Positions 19,971 to 28,991 of a stretch of 53,982 bases of DNA are shown here, one piece after another (the first letter of the stretch is position 1; each line of letters starts with the position of its first letter). Position numbers and translations under genes: made by a program. Where the stretch lies: positions 6,153-60,134 of the forward strand of contig PLND01000053.1 in the NCBI GenBank assembly GCA_003141675.1, written 5' to 3'. The DNA comes from Anaerolineae bacterium (GTDB lineage Bacteria; Chloroflexota; Anaerolineae; Anaerolineales; RBG-16-64-43). The notes under the pieces are model-generated. The model saw only the letters and a program-made list of their open reading frames with translations. It had not been told where the DNA came from and did no database searches.

Positions 19971-21640
19971 GGCACACTCTCGTCCGGTGCCGTTTTTTCG
20001 TCGTGTAGAACGATCCGTCCGGCCGCCGGGCCCTTGTCTCCCTCATCCGGTTCCACGGCTTCCCCCAGGGAGATGCGTTCACGCAGCGGGATGGCAGAAA
20101 CGGCTTCCGGATTTTCGAAATGCCGGAAGTGCAGCGTCTCGGAAAGATCGCCGGTTAATTCGTAGAACCGAAACTCGCTTGAGTTGCGGGCGCGCAGAAT
20201 GTGAAGGGGGGGCACGCCCACGCTGGAAAGCGTCCGCTCCAGGAAGGTCTCGTCGCCGCGGATCTCGTGTGTCAGCTCGATTTCGCGCAGCAGGCCGCAG
20301 GACGGACAGTGGCCGGCTTCGAAGGTCACCGCTTCGAGCGGACGCAAGACCTCCTCGCGGGTGTGGCAACTCGGGCAGGTGAGAGAGAGGATCAATTCCT
20401 GATCCAGTTCGATCACGGCGTCGGACCCCAGATCCTGGCGCACCAGGCGCAACATCTCGGAGAGGGTTGTGCGGGAAGCACGCGCCGGAAGCTCGATCAC
20501 CTCGCCGTAGACCCAGTGGCTCTCGCAATCCTCGCGCGGGACATAGGCGCTGGTGTGCATCTCGTTGGTCAATCCGTTGAAATGCACAACCTTGCCTGCT
20601 TCCACCGGCATCCCGTGGATCAGCTTGAGCGCTTCCTGAGCCTGCATGCCGCCGATGATCGACGCGATCGTGGGAGTGGTCGGGACTTTTCCCAGGAGGA
20701 TGTTTTGCCGAGCCAGCAGCGGGCAGGAATAGCGCAGGGAAAGATCGCGCCGCGCCTGCTCGGTGAGCGTGCATTCGAAACAGGCTCCGCGGCCGGGGAC
20801 GAACGTGCGCACCAGTCCCAGCAACTCCTGGATGGCGCCGTCGACCCACGGCTTGTTCATCCAATAGCAGAAGCGGTTCAACGCCAGCCGGGCTTCGCGG
20901 TTATCGAGGCATCCGATCACGGCGTCCATGCGCCGGATGATTCCCAGGCCCAGCTGGGTGGTCACGTCCCCATCGAGGTATTGGACGTGCACATGTGGAT
21001 TGAGGCTCCTGGCGCGCGAGGCGACAACCTGGGCTTTGCTGCGTTTGGTATCCCCCTCGCGGAAGAGCACCGAGCGACTGAGGTTGGCCGCCTCGACCGT
21101 ATCGAAATCGACGATAAAAAGGTGTCCGATACCCATCAGGGCGAGGTTCTTGATCACTTCGTTGCCGAGCGCGCCCGCGCCCACCACCATCACATTGGCG
21201 TCCCGGACCTTGTCCTTCTCCCACCAGGAAATGAATTCGAAAGTTCCCAGCCGGTCCGTTTGCAGATTGGGAACGTGGAGCGGTTTTTCCGAGCTAGCGG
21301 GGAGGCGGTGCGGGCCGCTCGGGGTTTCTCCGCCGGGCGGGGTTTTTTCCGCGCCAAGCTGCCGGTAGGCGCCGGCCAGGTCGCGGGCCGCCGCGAGATT
21401 GTCGGCGTCCAGTTTGCACGCGAACCATCCCACGCCGGCCCGGGCTTCGATCAGACCGTTTTCTTCCATAGCCTTGAGCGCCTCGCGTAGCGTGGCGCGG
21501 CTGATATCCAGTTGCTGGATCAACTCCCTTTCGGAGGGGAGTTGTTCACCGGCCTTAATCGATCCATCGAGCACAGAGCCCGACAGACGCCCGGCGACAG
21601 CCTGTGATAATGACACGTGTCCGATCGGTAATATCTTCAT
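19967..21640 (-). CDS. GntR-family HTH fused to ThiF/E1 ubiquitin-activating enzyme with Zn-ribbon C-terminus
   Basis: N-terminal GEQLPSERELIQQLDISRATLREAL (GntR wHTH); GAGALG, DFDTVEAANLSR, CLDNREAR, CFEC, candidate catalytic YSCP, two CPSC; start taken as ATG 21640. Confidence 0.92.
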   Translation of the reverse strand: MKILPIGHVSLSQAVAGRLSGSVLDGSIKAGEQLPSERELIQQLDISRATLREALKAMEENGLIEARAGVGWFACKLDADNLAAARDLAGAYRQLGAEKTPPGGETPSGPHRLPASSEKPLHVPNLQTDRLGTFEFISWWEKDKVRDANVMVVGAGALGNEVIKNLALMGIGHLFIVDFDTVEAANLSRSVLFREGDTKRSKAQVVASRARSLNPHVHVQYLDGDVTTQLGLGIIRRMDAVIGCLDNREARLALNRFCYWMNKPWVDGAIQELLGLVRTFVPGRGACFECTLTEQARRDLSLRYSCPLLARQNILLGKVPTTPTIASIIGGMQAQEALKLIHGMPVEAGKVVHFNGLTNEMHTSAYVPREDCESHWVYGEVIELPARASRTTLSEMLRLVRQDLGSDAVIELDQELILSLTCPSCHTREEVLRPLEAVTFEAGHCPSCGLLREIELTHEIRGDETFLERTLSSVGVPPLHILRARNSSEFRFYELTGDLSETLHFRHFENPEAVSAIPLRERISLGEAVEPDEGDKGPAAGRIVLHDEKTAPDESVP

Positions 21641-21648
21641 AGGTTGGC

Positions 21649-21675
21649 TGGTATGCTGGTCAGACCAGTATACCA
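21649..21675. promoter_or_regulatory. FadR/GntR-type palindromic operator
   Basis: TGGTATGCTGGTCAGACCAGTATACCA, a near-perfect 27-bp palindrome with core TGGTCTGACCA (minus strand), 9 nt upstream of the GntR-E1 ATG. Confidence 0.75.
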
Positions 21676-21678
21676 ACA

Positions 21679-21706
21679 ATTCTAAAAGGTTTTTAAGGCT
21701 TGTCAA
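21679..21706 (-). promoter_or_regulatory. Sigma70-type promoter of the Ubl operon
   Basis: TTGACA (21706-21701), 16-nt spacer, TAGAAT (21684-21679). Confidence 0.7.
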
Positions 21707-22099
21707 TGGTCAATTTAATAGGCAAAAATGCTTTTTCCAATAATAGAAGCTTTTTTATTAAGGTCGCCGTCCTGTTTATAAAATGGTGAAGAATTATTCG
21801 AGGAACTGACCATTTTGGCGTTATTTCAAAAACAGTTTAATCAGCCACATTCCCTGGGATGCAAAAAAGTCACTATGGTTCGATGCGATTAAGTTTGACA
21901 AAATCGAATGCCGCTCGAAATTTCTTTCTTTTGACCGATAATTGGTTGAAAATCATTCCGATTGATCCATGAATCTAAAAAAAATACGCTATAATCCGGC
22001 TCAACTAGATCGAAGGAGAGGTTGGTTTGCTCTCCTGCATTTCCGGCGAGTTCCTTTGGGGAAGGAACCGATCTCATCCCTTTTTCTCATGGAGGAAAA

Positions 22100-22867
22100 A
22101 TGAAGATACGATCTTTGGTGATCCTTTCCGTCCTCATGGTGGCCGCCATGCTGATTTCCGGTTGCAGTGGTGGTATCTTGGGAGGCAAACCCAAATACAC
22201 CGTCGCCACCGACGCCACCTGGTACCCCTTCGAGTTTGTGGATGAGAACTCCAAGGAGATCGTCGGATTCGATATCGATCTGATGAAGGCCATCGCGGAT
22301 AAAGAAGGCATCCAGGTGGAATTCAAGAATGTCGCTTGGGAGGCCCTTCTGGCAGGGATGGCCCAATGCCAGTACGACGCGGCGATTTCCTCGATCTCCA
22401 TCACCGAGGACCGCAAACCGAATATGCTTTTCTCCGATCCGTACTACACGGTCGGACAGCAGGTAGTGGTGGCCGCCGATAACGCCACCATCAAGGGTAA
22501 AGACGATCTGAGCGGAAAAAAGGTGGGCGCGCAAATATCCACCACCGGCGCCATTGAAATCGGAAAGATCACCGGGGCGGAGCTGGTGAACTTCGATACC
22601 ATCGGCCTGGCCTTCCAGGCGCTAATGAACGGCAGCATCGACGCCGTGGTGGCCGATAACGTCATGGCCCTGGGTTACGTCAGCAAGTATTCCGACAAAA
22701 TGAAAGCCGCGGGAGATCCCTTTACCGGCGAGTCGATCGGCATTGCCGTATGCAAAACCAAACCCGATCTCCTCAAGAAGATGAACGACGGTCTGGCGAA
22801 AGTCACAGCGGAGAATTTGATCGACACACTCAACACCCAGTGGGTGAAGAATCAAAAATTGCCGTAA
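22100..22867 (+). CDS. Polar/basic amino-acid ABC transporter substrate-binding lipoprotein
   Basis: Lipobox ISGC; DATWYPFEF, GFDIDL and ITEDRK motifs; GGAGG RBS. Confidence 0.9.
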   Translation: MKIRSLVILSVLMVAAMLISGCSGGILGGKPKYTVATDATWYPFEFVDENSKEIVGFDIDLMKAIADKEGIQVEFKNVAWEALLAGMAQCQYDAAISSISITEDRKPNMLFSDPYYTVGQQVVVAADNATIKGKDDLSGKKVGAQISTTGAIEIGKITGAELVNFDTIGLAFQALMNGSIDAVVADNVMALGYVSKYSDKMKAAGDPFTGESIGIAVCKTKPDLLKKMNDGLAKVTAENLIDTLNTQWVKNQKLP

Positions 22868-22873
22868 GGTCTT

Positions 22874-22908
22874 ACCGCGGGGCGGATAAAACGCCTCGCG
22901 GTTTTTTT
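22874..22908 (+). terminator. Intercistronic terminator/stabilising hairpin after the SBP gene
   Basis: ACCGCGGGGCG-loop-CGCCTCGCGGT followed by a T tract. Confidence 0.6.
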
Positions 22909-22983
22909 ACGCGAAGGGCGCTCCGCATGCCCGAAACCGCTAGGCTGGGGAGCGCCCTTCGTTTGAAACTTGGATTATTGCCC

Positions 22984-23817
22984 ATGGAAAAAACCAAAAA
23001 AGAATTGGAACCGCTTCCGCAAAAAGGGATAATCTCCTCCCCTGGCGAAGAGCTCGGGGCGCATATGGATCCCTGGTGGGGTCTGGTGATCGGCGCCGTG
23101 ATCCTGGTGATTGTGCTGATCGTGGCGGTTCCGAATCCGTATAAAAGAATTTTCCGTTTTGTATCGGACGGGATCAGCATAACGATCATCACCACGCTGA
23201 TCTCCTTCGTATTGATGATCTTCCTGGGATTGCTGGGCGGGCTCGGGCGCAACTCGAAAAACCGGCTGGCAAATGGAATCGCCTCGTTGTATGTGGAAAT
23301 CATCCGCGGCATTCCGCTTCTGGTGCAATTGATTTTCTGGTACTACGCCTTCCCCTCGCTGGCGCAAAGCCTGGGGGATCAATTCCATATCGCCGCCCTC
23401 TCGGGTTTCCAGGCCGCGGCGTTGCCGATGGCGATCCTTGGTTTGACCATCTGTTACGGAGCCTACATGAGCGAAATCTTCCGTGCCGGGATTCAGAGCA
23501 TCCCCAAAGGACAAATTGAAGCGGCCCGCAGCTTGGGGATGAGCAATGGGCAGACGATGCAGCATGTGGTCCTGCCCCAGGCGGTACGGGTGATCCTGCC
23601 CCCGGTGGGGAACGAGTTCGTCTCGCTCCTCAAAGATTCCTCCCTGGTCAGTGTGGTGGCCGTCACCGATATGACCCGCCGGGGCCAGGAATTCATGGGG
23701 GCGACCTTCATCACCCTCCCGACCTGGGCGATGGTGGCGCTCTTATATCTGGTGATGACGCTGTTCTCGGCGCGGATCGTCGCGTGGATCGAAAAGCGCG
23801 TGAAGTATGAAAGGTGA
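22984..23817 (+). CDS. Amino-acid ABC transporter permease (HisM/GlnP family)
   Basis: [23 protein letters not shown] and LLKDSSL motifs; start approximate. Confidence 0.9.
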   Translation: MEKTKKELEPLPQKGIISSPGEELGAHMDPWWGLVIGAVILVIVLIVAVPNPYKRIFRFVSDGISITIITTLISFVLMIFLGLLGGLGRNSKNRLANGIASLYVEIIRGIPLLVQLIFWYYAFPSLAQSLGDQFHIAALSGFQAAALPMAILGLTICYGAYMSEIFRAGIQSIPKGQIEAARSLGMSNGQTMQHVVLPQAVRVILPPVGNEFVSLLKDSSLVSVVAVTDMTRRGQEFMGATFITLPTWAMVALLYLVMTLFSARIVAWIEKRVKYER

Positions 23818-23821
23818 GACA

Positions 23822-24583
23822 ATGGAAAACCCGGCCGGCGCGGATCCAATCATCCGCATCGAAAAAGTGTGCAAACGGTTCGGCGCCTGTGAAGCATTGC
23901 GCGGGGTGAGCCTCGCGGTGAACCGAAAGGAAGTCGTCGTGATCATCGGCCCTTCCGGCTCCGGAAAATCCACTCTCCTGCGGTGCATCAACCGCCTGGA
24001 GGAATACGATTCCGGGCGGATCACGGTCGACGGCATTCCGCTGGATACGGCGAAAAATATCAACGCGGTCCGCACCGAAGTGGGGATGGTCTTCCAGTCG
24101 TTCAATTTGTTCGCGCATCTAACCGCGCTCGATAACATCACTTTGGCGCAGCGGATCGTCCGCAAGCGCAACCGGCAGGAAGCCGAACGGGTGGCCCGGG
24201 AACTCCTCGAGAAGGTGGGCATTCCCGAAAAGGCAAATTTTCGTCCGGCGCAACTTTCCGGCGGCCAGCAACAGCGCGTCGCCATCGCGCGGGCCCTGGC
24301 GATGAATCCGCGGATCATGCTGTTCGACGAGCCCACCAGCGCATTGGATCCGGAAATGATCAACGAGGTGGTGGAGGTCATGGAGAAGCTGGCGTACGAA
24401 GGGATGACGATGGTTGTGGTCTCCCATGAAATGGGGTTCGCTCGCGCCGCGGCCGACCGGGTACTGTTCATGGATGAGGGTCAGTTCATCGAGGAGGGAA
24501 CCCCGGACGATCTATTCGATCATCCTAAGCAGGAACGGACCAAGGCATTCCTGGGGAAGGTCTTGCATATCCATAATCAATAA
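23822..24583 (+). CDS. Amino-acid ABC transporter ATP-binding protein (GlnQ family)
   Basis: [27 protein letters not shown] and SHEMGFA motifs; start 23822 (alternative 23807). Confidence 0.92.
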   Translation: MENPAGADPIIRIEKVCKRFGACEALRGVSLAVNRKEVVVIIGPSGSGKSTLLRCINRLEEYDSGRITVDGIPLDTAKNINAVRTEVGMVFQSFNLFAHLTALDNITLAQRIVRKRNRQEAERVARELLEKVGIPEKANFRPAQLSGGQQQRVAIARALAMNPRIMLFDEPTSALDPEMINEVVEVMEKLAYEGMTMVVVSHEMGFARAAADRVLFMDEGQFIEEGTPDDLFDHPKQERTKAFLGKVLHIHNQ

Positions 24584-24601
24584 TGGTTGTCATTTCCGAT
24601 G

Positions 24602-24645
24602 AAAAAACCGCAGGGGCGGATCGCGATCCGCCCCTGCGGTTTTTT
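24602..24645. terminator. Bidirectional terminator built from a REP-like palindrome
   Basis: Perfect 44-bp palindrome AAAAAACCGCAGGGGCGGATCGCGATCCGCCCCTGCGGTTTTTT between convergent genes. Confidence 0.75.
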
Positions 24646-24677
24646 ATAGGTGGGTTGCCTGTTTATAAAGCCCCGCG

Positions 24678-25313
24678 TTATTTCTTTTGCAGCGATTGTT
24701 CGAGCGCGGCGGCGGCGCGCTCTGCGGATTCCAGGCGCAGACTGAGCGTCAGATCGCCGCGGGTGCGTTCTGTAACCCCCCGAACCAAATCCGTGGTGCG
24801 GCGCAATCCCCCGGTCAGCGCGTCGGGGTAATCCAACGTCACCAGCAGCGAGTAGATATCGTCCATCAATCCAAGCAATCGCTCCGCTTCGGCGTTTCCG
24901 CCGCGGCGCAGCATGTCCAAGCTCCGACGCCGCAGTTCGCCGGCGGCCTCGCCCAGACCGTTGAGGTAGGGTGCAACATCCACTTCCAAGTCCGCCGCGC
25001 TCGGCAACGGAAGCTCGCCCACCAGCGCGAACACGATGCTCGCCTCCGAAAGCTCCTTGAGTGCATCCTGGGTGTATCCGGCGAAGTACAGGTCCGGATA
25101 GTCCGCCAACCCCTGCTGCATTTCCTTGGCCTGGGTGCGTGCCTGGCGGAGATTTTCCTCGGCCAGCGCGCGCTCGTCGCGGTGCACCGCACGGATGGCA
25201 AGCGACGAGTAGCGGATCACCGCACGCGATTGTTCGAGCGCCCGGTCGCGGGCCGTGTTTTTGGCACGCAGCAACGCGTGCATTTGTTCGCCGATCGCGT
25301 CCAATCCTTCCAT
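24678..25313 (-). CDS. Translin/TRAX-family protein (putative RNA-binding nuclease)
   Basis: All-helical; R.VIRYSSLAIRAVH, QDALKELSEA, YLNGLGEAAGELRR and LRRTTD motifs resemble archaeal translin/C3PO. Confidence 0.75.
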   Translation of the reverse strand: MEGLDAIGEQMHALLRAKNTARDRALEQSRAVIRYSSLAIRAVHRDERALAEENLRQARTQAKEMQQGLADYPDLYFAGYTQDALKELSEASIVFALVGELPLPSAADLEVDVAPYLNGLGEAAGELRRRSLDMLRRGGNAEAERLLGLMDDIYSLLVTLDYPDALTGGLRRTTDLVRGVTERTRGDLTLSLRLESAERAAAALEQSLQKK

Positions 25314-25317
25314 GGTC

Positions 25318-25668
25318 CTAACCTTCTTTCGGGGATTCCGGAGCAGGGTCTCCCGTCGGTTTGCGGAAGAGCTGTTCGGCCAGCGATGGCCCTTCCGGCA
25401 TGCGGATCTCGCCGTATTGCTTTTCGAATTTGGCGAGATTCTCGCCCAGTGCGCGATGCAGCGCTTTGGCGCACAGCGGAGTGAGGATCACCCGCGCGTA
25501 AATCCGCGCCTTCGGCATCGCCGGCAGGATGCGCGCGAAGTCGATCACCATCTCGGCCGGCGAGTGGGCGATCAGGGCAAGGTTGGAGTACACCGGTTCG
25601 AGGGTTCCCGGCAGTTCGATCGGAATCGGCTGGGGAGCGGCCGGAGGATTGGATTGCTGTTCGCTCAT
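25318..25668 (-). CDS. DUF3467 family protein
   Basis: YSNLALIAHS.AEMVIDF...ARVILTP..AK.L...L.ENL.KFE..YGEI pattern; start MSEQQ after GAGGTGG. Confidence 0.8.
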   Translation of the reverse strand: MSEQQSNPPAAPQPIPIELPGTLEPVYSNLALIAHSPAEMVIDFARILPAMPKARIYARVILTPLCAKALHRALGENLAKFEKQYGEIRMPEGPSLAEQLFRKPTGDPAPESPKEG

Positions 25669-25679
25669 CACCACCTCGC

Positions 25680-25708
25680 AAAAAAAAAGGCGGGGGATTC
25701 GCCCCGCC
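25680..25708 (-). terminator. Terminator-like hairpin after ssb
   Basis: GGCGGGG-loop-CCCCGCC followed by a T tract on the minus strand. Confidence 0.6.
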
Positions 25709-25716
25709 ACTACTAC

Positions 25717-26133
25717 CTAGAAAGGAATTTCCTCTTCCGTTGCCGGAGCCGGTGCGGCGCCGGTATCGTTTTCCGGGCCGGCGTCCTGCTTCTGGCCGAG
25801 GAAGCGCACGGTCTCGGCGTTTACTTCGAACGAAGCGCCGATTTCACCGTTTTGCCGCTTGAATGTGCGCGGGCCACCGGTCTGGCGGTCGCAAACCAGG
25901 CGTCCCTCCACCAGAACCTGCCTGCCTTTGGCGAGGTACTGTTTGCATACCTCCGCCTGTTTGCCCCAAACGGAAATGCGGAACCAGATGGTCTCTTCCA
26001 CGTTTTGCCCGTCCGAACCCGTATACCGGCGGTTGCTGGCTACGGAAAAGGACGTTACCGGCTGGCCGCCGGGCGTGTAGCGCATTTCCGGATCTTTGCC
26101 CAAATTTCCCACCAGGATGATTTTATGGAACAT
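25717..26133 (-). CDS. ssb: Single-stranded DNA-binding protein
   Basis: KIILVGNLGKDPEMRYT, LAKGRQVLVEGRL and acidic C-terminal EEEIPF. Confidence 0.95.
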   Translation of the reverse strand: MFHKIILVGNLGKDPEMRYTPGGQPVTSFSVASNRRYTGSDGQNVEETIWFRISVWGKQAEVCKQYLAKGRQVLVEGRLVCDRQTGGPRTFKRQNGEIGASFEVNAETVRFLGQKQDAGPENDTGAAPAPATEEEIPF

Positions 26134-26369
26134 GGCTCCTCCCCTTGAACTTCGTTTTCCCGGCCTGCGTGGCAACGGGATAAATTGATTCTACCCTCGA
26201 AGAGAGAATTTTCAAAGAAGACCGATCGGTAAAGATCGGGGCGGGTACCACAGGATGGAGCCGATCCCTTGTCGGCCGTTTCCATCATTTGGAAACAGAG
26301 TGATTTTTTCCATTTCCTCTGGCGGCTATCGACCTGGGTTATATATAATGAAGGAGGAGGGCGCCGCCT

Positions 26370-27047
26370 ATGACCTACGATAAAATCCTGCGCCACTTGA
26401 AAGCGAATGCCAATCCCGCCGGGTTGGAAGGGATGGCCAAGTTTGGAATCCTGACAGAGAACGCGTTGGGGTTGTCGATGCCGTTCTTGCGTCAGACTGC
26501 CAAATCCGCGGGCATCGATCATGCGCTGGCGCTTCGGCTCTGGCAGAGCGGAATCCACGAAGCGCGCATCCTCGCTGCCCTCGTCGACGATCCGGCGCAA
26601 GTGACTTCGGCCCAAATGGAAGATTGGGTGAACGATTTCGATTCGTGGGACGTCTGCGATCAGGTTTGTGGAAATCTCTTCGACCGGACCCGTCTTGGCC
26701 GGCGCAAGGCGGCGGCGTGGACCAGGCGGAAACCGGAGTTTATCCGGCGGGCGGGTTTCGCCTTGATGGCGGCCCTGGCCTGGCACGACAAAGAGGCGGG
26801 CGATGAACTGTTCCTCGGATATCTGCCGCTCATCGAAAAGTATGCATCCGACGAACGGAATTTTGTAAAGAAGGCGGTCAACTGGGCGTTGCGGAACATC
26901 GGCAAACGCAACCGCACATTGAATCACGCCGCCGTCGCCTGCGCCCGCCGCATTGCCCGGCAAGAATCCCGCGCCGCGCACTGGGTGGCCGCGGACGCGA
27001 TCCGGGAATTGACGGATCCAAAAACGGTTGCGAGGATTAAATCGTAG
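26370..27047 (+). CDS. alkD: DNA alkylation repair protein (AlkD family)
   Basis: LWQSGIHEAR, FDSWDVCD and DERNFVKKAVNWALR motifs. Confidence 0.88.
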   Translation: MTYDKILRHLKANANPAGLEGMAKFGILTENALGLSMPFLRQTAKSAGIDHALALRLWQSGIHEARILAALVDDPAQVTSAQMEDWVNDFDSWDVCDQVCGNLFDRTRLGRRKAAAWTRRKPEFIRRAGFALMAALAWHDKEAGDELFLGYLPLIEKYASDERNFVKKAVNWALRNIGKRNRTLNHAAVACARRIARQESRAAHWVAADAIRELTDPKTVARIKS

Positions 27048-27122
27048 GGGCCGGTCGCGACCGGCCCCTACGGACGATTTACGAATGACGAATGAAGGGG
27101 TGCGTCGCCGACGCGCCCATAC
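27043..27122. repeat. GTAG-type REP-like palindromes
   Basis: CGTAGGGGCCGGTCGCGACCGGCCCCTACG plus a degenerate copy at 27094-27122; related copies at 24610 and 48995. Confidence 0.7.
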
Positions 27123-27124
27123 GG

Positions 27125-28918
27125 TTATTCTCTGCTGTCCACCGCCTTGTTCACCATCGCAATAAATTGCTCCACCGGCATCGCGCCCTTGTCCTCGCCG
27201 CTGCGCAGGCGGACCGCCACCGCGCCGGCGACTGCTTCCTTGTCGCCCATCACCAGCATGTAGGGGATTTTCTGCATCTGCGCGTCGCGGATCTTTGCGT
27301 TCATGCGTTCGGTGCGCACATCGACATTCACACGGATGCCAGCCCGGCGCAGCTGATCGGCAACCTTCTGCGCGTATTCGTTATGGCGATCGGCGATCGG
27401 GATGGCCATCACCTGGACCGGCATCAGCCAGACCGGGAACGCGCCGGCGTAGTGTTCGATCATTACCCCGAAGAAGCGCTCCATCGAACCGAGCAGCGCC
27501 CGGTGGATCATATAAGGTTGCTCCTCCTGGCCGGCTTCGTTGATGTAGTGCAGGTTGAAGCGCGCCGCTTCGTTGAAATCGAACTGGATCGTGCTGCATT
27601 GCCATTCGCGGCCGATGGCGTCCGCGATCTTCAGGTCGATCTTCGGCCCATAGAAGGCGCCTCCGCCCTCGTCCAACGCGTACTCCAGACCCGAGCGTTC
27701 CAGCGATGCGCGCAGCGCTTCGGTGGCCGCTTCCCACTGGGCTGCCTCACCCACGGATTTCTCCTTGGGCCGCGTGGCCAGGTAGGCGTGAAACTGGGTG
27801 AACCCGAACGCGCGCAGGATATGCAGACAAAATTTCAGAACGCGGTCGATTTCCTCCGGCATTTGGTCCGGCCGGCAGAAGATGTGCGCGTCGTCCTGCG
27901 TGAAACCGCGCACACGCATCAACCCGTGCAACACGCCCGGCTTTTCGTAGCGGTAAACGCTGCCCCATTCCGCGTATCGAATCGGAAGTTCACGGTACGA
28001 GCGCAACCCGGAATTGTAGATCATGATGTGGAACGGGCAGTTCATCGGTTTGACGTAGTAGGTTTCGTTGTCCATTTCCATTCCGGCATACATGCTCTCG
28101 CGATAGAAATCTAGGTGCCCGCTGGTTTCCCATAGATGTCCGCGTCCGACGTGCGGTGAATCCACCAACTCGTAGCCGTTCGCGAGATGTTCCCGTTTAC
28201 AGAAGTCCTCCATCAAATAGCGGACGAGCGCCCCTTTCGGATGCCAAAGCACCAGCCCGGGCCCGACCTCCGGGTTGATGGAGAACAGATCCAGTTCCTT
28301 GCCGAGCTTGCGGTGGTCGCGTTTCTTGGCCTCCTCCAGCCTCCAAAGGTACTCCTCCAGCTCCTTGGCCGAATCCCATGCGGTGCCGTAGATGCGCTGC
28401 AGCATCGGGCGCTTCTCGTCGCCGCGCCAGTACGCGCCCGAGACGTTAAGCAGCTTCAATGCGTCGGGGTTGATCTGCCCGGTGCGCTGGACATGCGGTC
28501 CGCGGCACAGATCCGTAAAGGTGTCGCTCGTGTATATGGAAATCACCGGCGGGGCGGTGAGCGGGTTGCCATCCTCGTCGGCCGCGCCGTGCTCGAGACC
28601 TTCGATCAACTCGAGCTTGTAGGGCTGATCGGCGAACAGCTGCTTGGCTTCTGCGGCGGAGAGCTCGCGGCGGACGAACGGGTGGTCGCCGCGGATGATC
28701 TCGCGCATCCGGCTCTCGATCTGGCCCAGGTCCTCCGGGGTGAGCGGGCGCGGCAGATCGAAATCATAATAGAAACCGTCCTCGATTGGCGGTCCGATGG
28801 TGATCTTGGCCTGGCCGGGGAACATCTCCATCACCGCCTGCGCCATCACATGCGATGCGGAGTGGCGGAGCCGGTAAAGCGGCGTCTCTGAATATTTTTC
28901 GGTTTTGCGGATCGGCAT
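27125..28918 (-). CDS. thrS: Threonyl-tRNA synthetase (short form lacking the N-terminal TGS domain)
   Basis: LRHSASH, DLCRGPH, GAYWRGD, RDHRKLG, KPMNCP, RVRGFTQDDAH and FYGPKID motifs. Confidence 0.97.
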   Translation of the reverse strand: MPIRKTEKYSETPLYRLRHSASHVMAQAVMEMFPGQAKITIGPPIEDGFYYDFDLPRPLTPEDLGQIESRMREIIRGDHPFVRRELSAAEAKQLFADQPYKLELIEGLEHGAADEDGNPLTAPPVISIYTSDTFTDLCRGPHVQRTGQINPDALKLLNVSGAYWRGDEKRPMLQRIYGTAWDSAKELEEYLWRLEEAKKRDHRKLGKELDLFSINPEVGPGLVLWHPKGALVRYLMEDFCKREHLANGYELVDSPHVGRGHLWETSGHLDFYRESMYAGMEMDNETYYVKPMNCPFHIMIYNSGLRSYRELPIRYAEWGSVYRYEKPGVLHGLMRVRGFTQDDAHIFCRPDQMPEEIDRVLKFCLHILRAFGFTQFHAYLATRPKEKSVGEAAQWEAATEALRASLERSGLEYALDEGGGAFYGPKIDLKIADAIGREWQCSTIQFDFNEAARFNLHYINEAGQEEQPYMIHRALLGSMERFFGVMIEHYAGAFPVWLMPVQVMAIPIADRHNEYAQKVADQLRRAGIRVNVDVRTERMNAKIRDAQMQKIPYMLVMGDKEAVAGAVAVRLRSGEDKGAMPVEQFIAMVNKAVDSRE

Positions 28919-28991
28919 GGCTGCCTCCTTGGTTGACCACTCCCCTTCCCCCCTTCCCTTAAGGGAAGGGGAGTGCGGGTTGGGTCGTTTA

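Noticed and set aside
20201-21490. 429-aa plus-strand ORF within the E1 gene
   Set aside because: Antisense shadow; the minus-strand E1 has all the conserved motifs.
17049-21640. Interpretation as a ThiS/MoaD-type sulfur-carrier or cofactor biosynthesis cluster
   Set aside because: It has an E2 with HPN/Cys and a RING-like protein, and no rhodanese, thi, moa or cysteine-synthase genes; conjugation fits better, though it is untested.
21641-21706. TTG start at 21706 for the GntR-E1 gene
   Set aside because: That TTG is part of the -35 TTGACA box; the segment holds the promoter and operator, so ATG 21640 is preferred.
27092-28891. Plus-strand ORFs of 340 and 234 aa
   Set aside because: Antisense shadows of thrS.
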